Assembly (NCBI GenBank): GCA_044226015.1
Contig: JBGAHS010000002.1
Coordinates: 689,571-753,570 of the forward strand
Source of the DNA: Candidatus Obscuribacteraceae bacterium
Lineage (GTDB): Bacteria; Cyanobacteriota; Vampirovibrionia; Obscuribacterales; Obscuribacteraceae
Length of the DNA: 64,000 nucleotides
Direction: 5' to 3'
In this document: positions 50,961 to 61,539 of the stretch, one piece after another
Layout: the number at the start of each line of letters is the position of its first letter
How positions within the stretch are numbered: the stretch's first letter is position 1
The notes under the pieces: generated by a model
Told to the model about the DNA's origin: nothing
Databases searched by the model: none
The model's input: only the letters and a program-made list of their open reading frames with translations
Position numbers and translations under genes: made by a program

Positions 50961-51581
50961 TTACTCTTCGCGATGTGGAAGCAAGTTAGGTGCAGCACCA
51001 GTGTGTCTCTTAACCTGGCCGAGCACTCGTTGACCATTGCGTACAATGTTTTGAGCCTCAGCAAGGGTTCTGCCCATGTTATTGAGGTCAGTGTCGATGC
51101 GTGTTAGAACTTGTTCGGCATAGTGGTCAGCACCTTCGCGAACACGAGCAGCATCTTCCTCTGCTTCGATACGCAACTTGTCTGCCTCTGCCAGAGCCTC
51201 ACGTCGCATTTGCTCAACTTCTTGAACAACTTGCTTACGAATTCTGTCTACTTCGGCTTGAACTGCTTTGAGCAGCTCAGATTCCTGGACCATATTCTCA
51301 GCTTGACGGCGTGCGGTCGAAATGATTTGCTCGGCGCGTCTCTGCGACTCAGCAATGATGTCATCACGTTGCTGCAGCACTTCGGTAGCTTCCCTCAGTT
51401 CTTCTGGAAGGCGAGCTCTTGCCTTATCGAGAACCTCGAGGAATTGGTCAGCGTTGATAAGTTTGAACTTCCAAACGCCTGACGCATCCTCAATAAGGTG
51501 CTCGAGCAAGTCGAGATGCTTGTAGATGGATGTTTGCTTATATGCAGCTGTATTCGGACTAATTGCTACTGTCGTTGTCAT
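50961..51581 (-). CDS. Coiled-coil protein commonly downstream of coaD (DivIVA/ATP synthase b-like)
   Basis: LPEELREA, GADHYA motifs; coupled to coaD. Confidence 0.8.
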   Translation of the reverse strand: MTTTVAISPNTAAYKQTSIYKHLDLLEHLIEDASGVWKFKLINADQFLEVLDKARARLPEELREATEVLQQRDDIIAESQRRAEQIISTARRQAENMVQESELLKAVQAEVDRIRKQVVQEVEQMRREALAEADKLRIEAEEDAARVREGADHYAEQVLTRIDTDLNNMGRTLAEAQNIVRNGQRVLGQVKRHTGAAPNLLPHREE

Positions 51582-52075
51582 TACTCAGCGCCCCTGCTGA
51601 AGTTGAAGTGCTTCTTCAAATAGGAATTGACTGCGGTCGGTACGAATTGCGAAACGTCTCCGCCTAATCTAGCGATTTCCTTTACGGTTGACGAGCTTAT
51701 AAAAGAATACTCGGGTTTTGTCATGAGAAAAATAGTTTCTAGTTCAGGAAGCAACTGTTTATTGGTTTGAGCCATGCCCAGTTCTGCCTCGTAGTCTGAT
51801 ACTGCCCTAAGTCCTCGGATAATGACAGAAATCTGATTATTCTTCGCAAAGTCTACTGTCAGACCTTGAAAGGTATCCACCGCCACATTTGGAATGTCTC
51901 TCACCACCTCTCTAATGAGCTCAGAGCGCATTTCGATTGGTAGAAGAGGAGACTTTCCGGGATTAGCCACCACCGCCATTATGACTTCATCTACGAGTTT
52001 GCTAGCTCTTCGGATGATGTCTAGATGTCCAAGCGTCATCGGATCGAAGGATCCTGGGTATACGGCTCGAATCAC
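51581..52075 (-). CDS. coaD: Phosphopantetheine adenylyltransferase
   Basis: YPGSFDPMTLGH, IIRGLR, ISSSTVKE. Confidence 0.97.
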   Translation of the reverse strand: MIRAVYPGSFDPMTLGHLDIIRRASKLVDEVIMAVVANPGKSPLLPIEMRSELIREVVRDIPNVAVDTFQGLTVDFAKNNQISVIIRGLRAVSDYEAELGMAQTNKQLLPELETIFLMTKPEYSFISSSTVKEIARLGGDVSQFVPTAVNSYLKKHFNFSRGAE

Positions 52076-52629
52076 GGTCCTTTTCCCAAAACCTCTGCGA
52101 TAACTGATGTTACATTGAACTCCTCGATTCGCCAAGACAAAAACTTGTCATTCTTGTCAACCGAAATACTAACACAGCAAATCCGATCTTCAGCCACTTT
52201 ACATCCCTAGATTTCTCTCATGAGACAACTACGAAGATCCTGTTGCAATCTGGGAAAGAGCCAATTACACAGCATCTTGGAACTTCAATCTTTTGATGAG
52301 AACATGCGCATCTATGTAGCCAAGCAAGTGAAAACTGATCACGTTGACAGCGAAACCGAGATATAGAAAGCATCAGCGCCCGCATATCGAGACGCCATGC
52401 GGACAGTTTAAAAGATTGAGCAATTCTTAGCTGGGCAGTCGTCAATTGTTACTCTTAGTTTCACAAATTGACGCAGATCTGCGGAATTAGTTTTTCGCCA
52501 AGCCTTCAATTCGAGAACTCATGTAGCCAGGTTTTGTCATTCAAGCGAACAAGAAATTCCAAATATCGCTGATGGCGGAAACGAGGAGATCGGGGCCTGT
52601 ATATACATCAGACATGCTAGTTGAGAAAA

Positions 52630-52774
52630 TCTTCGCTGCTTTTCAAAACTGGACCGGTTCCGTTTGAGTTCTCCTGAATATCTTCGCCCTTTTCAAAACT
52701 GCGCCGGTACCGTTTGAGTTCTCCTGAATATCTTCGCTGCTTTTGAGAACTGGACCGGTACCGTTTGAGTTCTC
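52630..52774. repeat. 50-51 bp tandem repeat x3
   Basis: TCTTCGCTGCTTTTCAAAACTGGACCGGTACCGTTTGAGTTCTCCTGAATA; inverted relative at 59769-59913. Confidence 0.9.
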
Positions 52775-53022
52775 AAATTTTCTACGTGTTTTACTGGGAA
52801 GATTTTGCTGGAACCTCATCTGTAGCCGGGCGATACCACCCCGAGCGAGCAACTGGAGACGCTTGCACCCGGGGACGCCACTATTTTGCGGCTTCGCAGT
52901 TCCAGACAACAGAATCGAGCACAGCGGCAGGATCGAGCACAACAAGCATCCACTAAAGTTCTTGAAGATGACTTCGGGTAAACTCGTGGGGTCAAAATAT
53001 TTCTGCAAGCGTAGAAAGACTC

Positions 53023-53087
53023 GCAAGTGAAGATAGATTGGCAAGTGAAGATAGATTGGCAAGTGAAGAAAGATTAGCAAGTGAAGA
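53023..53087. repeat. 18-bp tandem repeat x~3.6
   Basis: GCAAGTGAAGATAGATTG units. Confidence 0.9.
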
Positions 53088-53105
53088 AAGAATAGAGAGC
53101 TTTAA

Positions 53106-53936
53106 TTGAACGAAAATGACATTGCTAAAAGTGAAAGCCTGGCTCGGTTTCATAACGAACTAATCATGTCCAGATATTTGTTTGAGCAAGCTCGTAGAAT
53201 CTATCCTGCTCTACAGTCCCACGTACCTGCCTTCGGCGATGCCATTGCCTTGATGAACTATTCATTCGAGACTTTCAGAAAAGCTACGCCGTTCGTGTCC
53301 ACGGAAGAGCGCTCAAGTCTCTTGCATCTATTGTGTCTTCATTCGGTTCAGGAAATTTGTAGGGTCGAACCCAACTTCAACTGCCGCTCAATAATGGATT
53401 CCAACCCAGTAGAAGCGCTCATATCCTTCAACTCTGAAAAACTAAGCAGCATCAGCGATGAGCTTCTGGAGCAAACTAGCTCAAGCCAAAAACGCACTAG
53501 TGAAGCGGCATGCAAACTACTTTTGCACCTTTCAGAACCTGAATGGCTAGAGAAAATAGAAATCAATTCGCTGGATTTTGTTGAAGAACCTGTCGGCGAG
53601 AGCATTTTGCGAAAACTCAAATATCTAAGACGACTGGAATATTTGAACCTGAGCCACACTTATTTCCCCGCAGAAGCGCTACAAAACCTGGTGCATCTGC
53701 CATTATTGCGAGAATTAGTATTGAGCGATACACGAACGAGTAACAACGGGCTTGCACTGCTGAAAAATAGCCCATCAATAGAAATATTGGACATCAAAAA
53801 CACACTAGTAACGAACGCAGCCTACGAGAGCATACGCAAGGTTGCAAGACTGCAATGCTTGAAGTGCGATGAGCACACATTCTCGTCCACAAACCTGAAC
53901 TCATTGAATGCAGCAGGCGTAAAAATCGAACATTAG
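53106..53936 (+). CDS. Leucine-rich repeat protein
   Basis: LEYLNLSHT, LRELVLSDT, IEILDIKNT. Confidence 0.8.
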   Translation: MNENDIAKSESLARFHNELIMSRYLFEQARRIYPALQSHVPAFGDAIALMNYSFETFRKATPFVSTEERSSLLHLLCLHSVQEICRVEPNFNCRSIMDSNPVEALISFNSEKLSSISDELLEQTSSSQKRTSEAACKLLLHLSEPEWLEKIEINSLDFVEEPVGESILRKLKYLRRLEYLNLSHTYFPAEALQNLVHLPLLRELVLSDTRTSNNGLALLKNSPSIEILDIKNTLVTNAAYESIRKVARLQCLKCDEHTFSSTNLNSLNAAGVKIEH

Positions 53937-53976
53937 CTTTACTGCCGTTTTCTGAGCACTCTCGGGTCCCACGTCC

Positions 53977-55539
53977 TCAGCAAATAGATTTCAAATCCGC
54001 GATAACCTGCTCGGCGGAAGCATAGCGTTTGCTAACATCTAGTTGAGTAGCTTTCGCTACAATCGCATCTAGCCTATCACCGACCTTCTCGGACATTCCT
54101 TTCGGATGTAGTACCGTAATTGGTGGCGGATCAGTACCTACAAGCAAATAGTACAGCGTGGCCCCAAATGAATAAATATCGCTCTGGATAGTGGGTTTCC
54201 CTCTAAACTGCTCAGGGGAAATGTAGTTTGGCTTGCCCACAACAGAACCAGTAACTCCGCTAGAGACTTCCTGCGCAACAGAAAAGTCAATCAGCTTGGC
54301 GTAGCCGTCTAAACCCAGCATTATATTGTCCGGAGTCAAGTCACGATGGATCACTGGCGGCACCTGCTGATGAAGATATTTCAAAATGTCGCAGATTTGA
54401 AGCGCCAATTGAACGACTTGCTCTTCAGGCATGGGTCCCTCAAGAGCTACGCGCTCTTTCAATGAAGCCCCTTCTATATGCTCAATTACAAGATAAGCTC
54501 TGTGATCCTCAACAAACAAATCAAGAAACTTAGCTATGCGTGGATGGTCCAATTTGCTCAACATGCTCGCCTCAGACTGAAATCGCTCGGCAGCTTTTTT
54601 GCGAACACGAATGTCAGGAAAAACTGGCAAGACGAATTCCTTTAAGACTAGCGGGTTATTGTCCGGATACTTTTGCGATTCCGCTAAATAAACAGTAGCC
54701 TGCCCTCCCACACCTACCTTGCTGAGTATCTTGAAATTGCCTTGCTCTAATGTCGCGCCTTCGAGCAAGGGAGTCAGCTTGTCGCGCTTCGGAGCACCCG
54801 ACAATTCGCGCAACCAGAGTTCTGTATAACTCTGCCTGGGCGAAGCAATACGGAAAGGCTCCAAAATACTCAAGTCCAAATTTTCGGGGTAATGCTCCTC
54901 CAAATACTGAAAAAGAGTGCCTCTGTCTTTCACATCGACAATGTCGCCCCACTTCAAGCTGAGCGCTTCACCGAAATCAGGAGCAATTGAAATTACGTAA
55001 TCTGCATATGATTTTTTTCCCTTTGCCCTCTCCACGCTAACGCCGGCAATTTCGCTCATCTCTATTGAACGATGAACAATGTACGTCTTACCATCCACCT
55101 CAATTGAAGAGGCAGTGGCAACATTCTGCGAGCTAGCCAACTTGAGCCAATACAGCCGCTGCTCATCCAGAAATAAGAAATCGGACTGCTTGTTTGCCGA
55201 TATAGTCAAAAGTACTATAGCTGGAATCATAGTCAAATTAGCGAGCGTGCTTGCTGTTGCCAAAAGCGACACAAGACCAGAGGCACTCGCTGCCGGCTTC
55301 GCGAAAAGCAAAGGCTTAATAGGAGCCAGAAGCAATCTAAAAAATGGATAGAGAATGTTCTCAGCCAGAAAAGGAAATATCTGGCAGAGAATTAGCATTA
55401 CTACTAGAGAGCAAATACAAAGAATAACAGTTTTAGAGAATCGTTGAAAACCCAGCCGCAAAGCAGCATCTGGAAGATACTCAATCATACGAGCATTCTT
55501 GACCTGAACCGGCATCCATCGAGTCAAGATGGTAGTCAT
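53977..55539 (-). CDS. Ser/Thr kinase with N-terminal TM helices and C-terminal kinase domain
   Basis: GVGGQATVY, HRDLTPDN, DFSVA. Confidence 0.92.
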   Translation of the reverse strand: MTTILTRWMPVQVKNARMIEYLPDAALRLGFQRFSKTVILCICSLVVMLILCQIFPFLAENILYPFFRLLLAPIKPLLFAKPAASASGLVSLLATASTLANLTMIPAIVLLTISANKQSDFLFLDEQRLYWLKLASSQNVATASSIEVDGKTYIVHRSIEMSEIAGVSVERAKGKKSYADYVISIAPDFGEALSLKWGDIVDVKDRGTLFQYLEEHYPENLDLSILEPFRIASPRQSYTELWLRELSGAPKRDKLTPLLEGATLEQGNFKILSKVGVGGQATVYLAESQKYPDNNPLVLKEFVLPVFPDIRVRKKAAERFQSEASMLSKLDHPRIAKFLDLFVEDHRAYLVIEHIEGASLKERVALEGPMPEEQVVQLALQICDILKYLHQQVPPVIHRDLTPDNIMLGLDGYAKLIDFSVAQEVSSGVTGSVVGKPNYISPEQFRGKPTIQSDIYSFGATLYYLLVGTDPPPITVLHPKGMSEKVGDRLDAIVAKATQLDVSKRYASAEQVIADLKSIC

Positions 55540-56909
55540 GTCATGGTCTCAAGGTTGGCCAACAGTGCGCTTGCATCAGCCGGACGCTCCCCTGCTTCCT
55601 GCGCAGTACAGGCAGCCACTAGCTGATTCAGTCTTTTGGAAACCGAAGCATTCAGCACTTTTGGATATGCCACCGCCAGCGGTTCAGGATCCTCCCCTGT
55701 GAGCAAGAAGTTCAGAGTGCAACCGAATGCATAGATATCGCTCTGCGGTACCGCCTTACCTCGCAACTGTTCTGGCGCAATGTAAGCTTGTTTTCCAATC
55801 AAAGTCCCCGTGGCTGTTCCTACGAAATGGTTTGCTGCACCAAAATCAATAACGCAAATATCTCCATCTTCTTTTAGCATAAGATTGTCTGGGGACAAAT
55901 CCCTATGAATCACTGGAGGTGTCTGAGCATGGAGATAAACCAGAATTTGCGCCAGCTGCTTTGCCCAGACAATAACATCTGATTCTGGCTGGGGACCATG
56001 CTCTTTAACCAGGCGCCGCAAGTCTGAGCCCTTTATCAGTTCCATCAAAATGTAATGTCTTCCAGACTCAACGAAGTTATCCAAAACCTTTGCCAGGTTA
56101 GGATGTGTTAAAGCGCTCAAAATCTCAGCTTCACGGTTGAGCATGTTTTCGGCAGCCTGACGCAACTCATCGTTTGCATCGTGCGGCACCACTGCTTCCT
56201 TCAGCACAAAATGCTGATGCTTCTCATCAGTAACCAGATAAATAGCGGAAAGACCACCAAAAGCCAACTGCCGCTCAACTTTGAACGTGCCAACTTGATG
56301 GCCCGGTTCCAGTGGAATGAAGTTGGTCGGACCAAATCGCCGTGTCAACTCATCTTCCCACAACTCAGTAAAACCCGGAGCTGAACTATTTTGAGAGCCC
56401 GTAAGTAAGCGCATTCTGGCTTCGAGTAATTCAGGGAAAGCATCTCCACCACCTGCCCAGACTTCGAGTGAGACAATTAGATTTTCAATTTCACTTTCTT
56501 TCAATGCATCCAATCGAAGATTGGCTTTTGTTCCGTTTTTGAAACAGAGCTGCATAGTGCCATGCTTTCCCGACGGCAGAATGCGCAAGGATCTTAAATC
56601 CGACCAGGACTTCTGGTTACGCAATCCGAATGTCGGACACATAAGAAATGGTAGTGATATACCATCTCGCGTCAAATAAATCGTCTTGTCGCCGGTGAGC
56701 GTATTTCCCAGGATTACAAACCCAAGCAGCAAGAACTGAAAAAATACAAAAATCGTGGCATTCTCGCCACTTATATTATTGACTGTCCAGATGTTCAAAC
56801 TGGAAATCATTACAAATAGCGTTATGATAGGAATAGCGAGCATGAAGCCCCCATTCGCAATGGCGACCGGCAACTCGCGGTAAGTGATGGTGACTTCTGC
56901 TTCAGCCAT
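55536..56909 (-). CDS. Ser/Thr kinase paralog, translationally coupled
   Basis: AFGGLSAIY, HRDLSPDN, DFGAA; ATGA overlap. Confidence 0.92.
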   Translation of the reverse strand: MAEAEVTITYRELPVAIANGGFMLAIPIITLFVMISSLNIWTVNNISGENATIFVFFQFLLLGFVILGNTLTGDKTIYLTRDGISLPFLMCPTFGLRNQKSWSDLRSLRILPSGKHGTMQLCFKNGTKANLRLDALKESEIENLIVSLEVWAGGGDAFPELLEARMRLLTGSQNSSAPGFTELWEDELTRRFGPTNFIPLEPGHQVGTFKVERQLAFGGLSAIYLVTDEKHQHFVLKEAVVPHDANDELRQAAENMLNREAEILSALTHPNLAKVLDNFVESGRHYILMELIKGSDLRRLVKEHGPQPESDVIVWAKQLAQILVYLHAQTPPVIHRDLSPDNLMLKEDGDICVIDFGAANHFVGTATGTLIGKQAYIAPEQLRGKAVPQSDIYAFGCTLNFLLTGEDPEPLAVAYPKVLNASVSKRLNQLVAACTAQEAGERPADASALLANLETMT

Positions 56910-57011
56910 GAATTGATCATGCCTCGGACGAGATAGAATTAGTCGCTACTGGATGCCTAAATGATTCTAACCGTATCGATTCGAGCGTTTTTTTTCGCCC
57001 CGGCAGTTAAT

Positions 57012-57341
57012 GCAATGATCTGCGCTAATCCAGAATCCTCTATGTCTGTGCTGCGCTAATCCAGAATCCTGTACGCCATTGTGCTGCGCTAAGCCTAGAA
57101 TCCTCAACTCTGCTGGAGAAGGCATAGCTCCCTCTGGCATACCGGATCCATACTCAAAACAAGAATGTGCTGCGCTACGCCCAGAATCCTTTACGCCAAT
57201 GATCTGCGCTAATCTAGAATCCTTTACGCCAATGAGATGCGCTAATCCCAGAATCCTCAACTCCGTTGGAGAAGGCATAGCTCCCTCTGGCATAACCGGA
57301 TCCATACTCAAAACGAGAATGTGCTGCGCTACGCCCAGAAT
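57012..57341. repeat. Composite repeat: ~31-bp units plus a ~90-bp duplication
   Basis: TGCGCTAATCCAGAATCCT units; 57098-57187 duplicated at 57251-57341. Confidence 0.88.
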
Positions 57342-57346
57342 GGTCT

Positions 57347-59629
57347 TTAGTGGATAATATCAGTTCCAGGCATAGACGCCCGCAATTTTCCAAGCCCTGA
57401 AGGACTAATTTTCGTACCACTCACATCTATTGAACTGGCGCCTTGCAAACGCTGCAAGAAAGGCACAGCCTGGTCACCAATTGCGGTACCACTCAGATCA
57501 ACACTCTTGATTCCCCGTGGAAGAAAAGTCAGACTAGGACTGGTTATTTTAGTTCCTGCCAAATTCGCATGTTGAAGTGGAAGCTTTTCCAATGCCCGCA
57601 TCGTTTCGACACCGATTTGTGTATATGACAAATCCAGATCATGTACATCAAGCATCTCTGCGATACGTTTCCCCTGGGTGTCGCCGATTGGTTCATAGCT
57701 CAAGTTTATGCTATTCATTTTTAAGCCGCTGAAGTCCGCAGTTTCACCCAGATACAACAAAGCGCGAAAAGCATTCTTCGCCGCAGCGCTATTAGGGTCA
57801 GCTTTAATTTGCTCTAGGAGGCTTGTTCTCGCAACGTCGCGACCTGCCGTTCGAAGCATTTCCGCTCGCTGCATAAGCTGATCATGCATTGGACCACGTT
57901 CTGCAGGCGACAGTCCGGTCAGCAAGCCATGGAGTCCCTCACCAATAGCTGTGGCCGTCACAGGAGCTGCTTCAATCAAACTAACTGCGCGCTTTCCATC
58001 AGGGTGCAGCGCATACTCACCCATCAAGATAGCAAGCCGTTCTCTCGGAACCTCTGCATATGGACGTGTTGGCAAATTATCAACCCGGTTTGCGGCCTGA
58101 ATAACCTGGGCGGCAAGAGGATTTTTTTCCTCGAAGTGATGCGACCATTCGTGCATGGTGTCTTCAACGAGAGTTTCGCCCTTATTCTTGCGATACCAGG
58201 TGGTTTGCCCAGTTTTGAAAACTGTATCAGCAGCCGACTCGAACTGAGAATTGCCACTTCTCGACTTGTACCAGGCGTCGTAAGGGTTCGCCTCTCCTGA
58301 AAGAACAATCTCCTGAAACTTACCAGGCTCGGGCGTCATTAGAGCATGGCGGAACGCATCTTCCACGTTCATTCTTCCTGCCAGTTCTTGCATTTCTGGC
58401 TTCGACAATTCCATGCGAGCCTTTTCCGCTGCCTGCCCTGTTCCCTCAGATTGCTTTTGCAATTCAGCAAGGCGATCTAGCTGTAAGGCGTATTCTTCAG
58501 GAACCAGCACTCTCAACGAGCTTCCCTCTGCCTCATAGACCCGCACAGGAGTTGGCTTCTGGACAATGTTGTTTCGCTCAAAAGCTCCTAGCGACTGCCC
58601 TGTGGCAGCACCGTCAGCTCCTTCTTTCACGGTTGGAAGGTCCTTCACATCTCGCCCATAGCTGATTTTTGAAGGAGCTTTAGCCAGATCAAGGTTAAGG
58701 TCAGGAATCTTCCCTTCGCCACCCAATCTAGTGCTCAGTTCGCGCAAAAGTTCTGCGCTCGGTTTGCTTGCTAGCGCATTGTCGCTGGCAGAGCGTTCAA
58801 GTCCCAATTGAACAGGCTCTCGCTCAGTACCAGCTTTGGGCGATAATATGCGACCCAAACCCGCGCCAACAACCGAGAAGTTGTAGATTGACTCAAGGTA
58901 TTTGGAATTGAAATGCTGTTCAAGCGTTGGCAGTCCCTTACCATGCATGACAGAATCCGCATCCACAGCAACAATACCCGCTGGAATTCCAGACAAAGCC
59001 ATCACTGCCGTATCATTTTTCAAAATCTTCGCTAGAGTTGTGCCTTTCAGCATCTCGCTTTGACCCAGATTTTTAAGTCCCATAGAACTTAGGGTCAATG
59101 CGCCAAAAGTCGTGCCCCCCGCCCCCGCTTGCCTAACGCGAGCATCAAGCAGAGATTGACCCGGTTCGAGCTTGCTCGGAGTGAGCAAGCCGCCGTAAGC
59201 TAGCCCGGTGCCTATCGACACCCCTAGCTCGTAACGTCCTAGAGTCCTGAGCTCTGAGGATGTGAGCGCCGCAAGTCCCTTTTGCGCCGCAAGATCCGCA
59301 GTTGCTGACGGAAACGCTGATGTCACAAGCTTCCTGGACAGCAAAATAGGGGCTAGCATTCCAGCCCCGGTTCCAATTTGTTGAAGATTCCAGTCCAGTG
59401 ACCAGGTTTTTGCAGCCTGCGGGGCACTTATAAGCGCGTCTTGTTTCCCACCAAATGGTTGCACAATGGCATTCAGCGGTGATTGAACAGCCGCATATGC
59501 TGCCGAGTGCAAAAGAACTTCAGCCTCATGCAAAACAGGTCGATTGTCCGCCTGAGTGAGGAGTTCCGGATGTCTAGTTAGCGATGGAAAGTTATCCACG
59601 TCGGTGAAAACTGGTTTGGGACTTGCCAA
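57347..59629 (-). CDS. Effector-like protein: Gly-rich hydrophobic N-terminus, HExxH zincin motif, C-terminal LRR
   Basis: TMHEWSHHFE; LDLSYTQI, ANLAGTKI, VDLSGTAI repeats. Confidence 0.7.
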   Translation of the reverse strand: MASPKPVFTDVDNFPSLTRHPELLTQADNRPVLHEAEVLLHSAAYAAVQSPLNAIVQPFGGKQDALISAPQAAKTWSLDWNLQQIGTGAGMLAPILLSRKLVTSAFPSATADLAAQKGLAALTSSELRTLGRYELGVSIGTGLAYGGLLTPSKLEPGQSLLDARVRQAGAGGTTFGALTLSSMGLKNLGQSEMLKGTTLAKILKNDTAVMALSGIPAGIVAVDADSVMHGKGLPTLEQHFNSKYLESIYNFSVVGAGLGRILSPKAGTEREPVQLGLERSASDNALASKPSAELLRELSTRLGGEGKIPDLNLDLAKAPSKISYGRDVKDLPTVKEGADGAATGQSLGAFERNNIVQKPTPVRVYEAEGSSLRVLVPEEYALQLDRLAELQKQSEGTGQAAEKARMELSKPEMQELAGRMNVEDAFRHALMTPEPGKFQEIVLSGEANPYDAWYKSRSGNSQFESAADTVFKTGQTTWYRKNKGETLVEDTMHEWSHHFEEKNPLAAQVIQAANRVDNLPTRPYAEVPRERLAILMGEYALHPDGKRAVSLIEAAPVTATAIGEGLHGLLTGLSPAERGPMHDQLMQRAEMLRTAGRDVARTSLLEQIKADPNSAAAKNAFRALLYLGETADFSGLKMNSINLSYEPIGDTQGKRIAEMLDVHDLDLSYTQIGVETMRALEKLPLQHANLAGTKITSPSLTFLPRGIKSVDLSGTAIGDQAVPFLQRLQGASSIDVSGTKISPSGLGKLRASMPGTDIIH

Positions 59630-59768
59630 TATTAAACTCTCTAAAGCTTTCGCTCACAATGGTGGTCCTCCCATCGCGGCAAACCCAGTCGGGGCGGAAG
59701 AAAAGTCGCAATATCAGGCACAAAATCTGAGGTTCTCACTTCGGTGTCGGACGGAAGCCAGGGCTTTC

Positions 59769-59913
59769 GGTCCAGTTTTCAACTTCTCCGAGGATTTTCC
59801 TCAAAACTCAAGCGGTACCGGTCCAGTTCTCCGCTTCAGCGCAGATTTTCCCCGGAACTCAAACGGTACCGGTCCAATTTTCAACTTCAGCGTAGATTTT
59901 CCTCAAAACTCAA
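59769..59913. repeat. 51-bp tandem repeat x~3, inverted relative of the 52630 array
   Basis: AACTCAAACGGTACCGGTCCA core. Confidence 0.88.
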
Positions 59914-60346
59914 TTTAACACTCTGACCCAAATCTGCCACGAGCATGTCCCGATTGTGACCGCGCCGCTGAGTTTAATAAGGACATCAGCAGCGCACGAG
60001 GTTCAAGCAAATGCCTAAGCAATCCACCAAAATGAACGGCACAGAAGCAGCAACCCTCATTCTCGTAAAAGCTTCGCTAGTTCTTCTCAGCGTAAACAGT
60101 CTCCTCGGATTTGCTTGTGTGTGCAAAACGGTCCTCGGCTAAATCTCAATACTGAGAAGAGCTGCTCTGTGGGCACATACAGAGATCGCACAATTCATCT
60201 ATGAGGCTTGTCCGCGATGAGCATCAGTACGAGATGAGCATTAGTACGCGCAACAGCAACGTGCAATCAGCACAATCGGCGCACTTAATCGGCGCACCAA
60301 ATTAGCGCACCAACTGTGCCAACCAATTAGCCCACAAGAAAATGGA

Positions 60347-61267
60347 TTAGTTTCTTCTGTAGGCTCGTTCAAGCGATTTCATGTTGGTGTAGCCATCTGC
60401 AGGAAGCTTGTTGAACATTTTCAGATAATCCTGGGCACTTCGCACACTACCACTCATTACGTACAAAGCTTGATCACTAGCGGATTTCATTGAATTAGGC
60501 AAACTTGTTATATTCGAAAAATCTGGACGTCCATAAGGGTCTGTTTTGTATGCTGCCGCCCGTCCGCCTTCAGGAACGACAACGGTTCGCCAATCACCTG
60601 TTCTGGTGAAAAAGTACGGTTTGCCGTTGGGGTCTTTTCCAAAACTAAAGGTTTCAGCAAGTGAAGCCTGATTGAGAGCCTCGTCCACAACTTTCAATTC
60701 AACAGGATTTTTCATAATCTCCTGCGCGGAACTGGTCAACTTATCAACATCGCCTTTTAGATAAGACGAGAATAGATTCGATACTTTTTGCTGGGTAGAC
60801 GGTGCCAGGTCATAGCCTCTCTGAGCCAAGAAGGGGTCAGTCATTACAGCAGAGACGTACTCATTTACCTGTGTGACACTCGCTCTTCTTAACTCATTGT
60901 CGGTCTTTCCATTTATAGTTTCATGCTGAACATTGATGTCCGACTGTTTCCCATCCTTCCCTGGAAAAACAATATGTTCAATATCGCCGTTAGCGTCGTA
61001 TTGAATTTTTGCACTGCCTGACTGTTGAAGCTGCTCCGCGACTGCCGGAAGCAAGCCTTCTCGTTTCATTTCTCGTATTCCAGAAAGTGCACTACGTCCT
61101 TCACTGATGCTCCCCTTACTTAGATTCTCAACTTCTCTGGAAAGGAGTTGAGCGTTGGATTCCGCAATAACCTTGGGGCTAATTTCGAGCCCATCTACTT
61201 CTTCGCTGGACGGAGAATTTTTTAGACTCTCACTGGAAAAGCTAGAATCAAACGATCTGCCAGCCAT
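60347..61267 (-). CDS. Hypothetical protein
   Basis: 306-aa ORF with GAAGGGG RBS-like sequence. Confidence 0.75.
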   Translation of the reverse strand: MAGRSFDSSFSSESLKNSPSSEEVDGLEISPKVIAESNAQLLSREVENLSKGSISEGRSALSGIREMKREGLLPAVAEQLQQSGSAKIQYDANGDIEHIVFPGKDGKQSDINVQHETINGKTDNELRRASVTQVNEYVSAVMTDPFLAQRGYDLAPSTQQKVSNLFSSYLKGDVDKLTSSAQEIMKNPVELKVVDEALNQASLAETFSFGKDPNGKPYFFTRTGDWRTVVVPEGGRAAAYKTDPYGRPDFSNITSLPNSMKSASDQALYVMSGSVRSAQDYLKMFNKLPADGYTNMKSLERAYRRN

Positions 61268-61539
61268 AATTCAACCCCTTCTAAGCCTCAGAAAGACTTC
61301 TTGCGTAGAACCAACCATCTCTATATAAACCGTAATTAACCTACAAAACAATGCAGATTTACACAGTCCAAAATCGAGAAAGTGAAGGTGTTCATCCCAA
61401 TGAGCCTTGGACAATTCGTTCCATGCCATCTATCCGTGACTAAAACCATTTTGAATCAAAAACCGCAAAAGACAAAACGCAAGGGCACCGCATACAGTAC
61501 CATTAAGTAAATCCTGAAAGCTCATACCGGAAGACATTT

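Noticed and set aside
52630..52774. Possible CRISPR array
   Set aside because: Whole unit repeats with no unique spacers; no cas genes in the window
56967..57420. Short ORFs across the composite repeat
   Set aside because: Repeat-derived open frames
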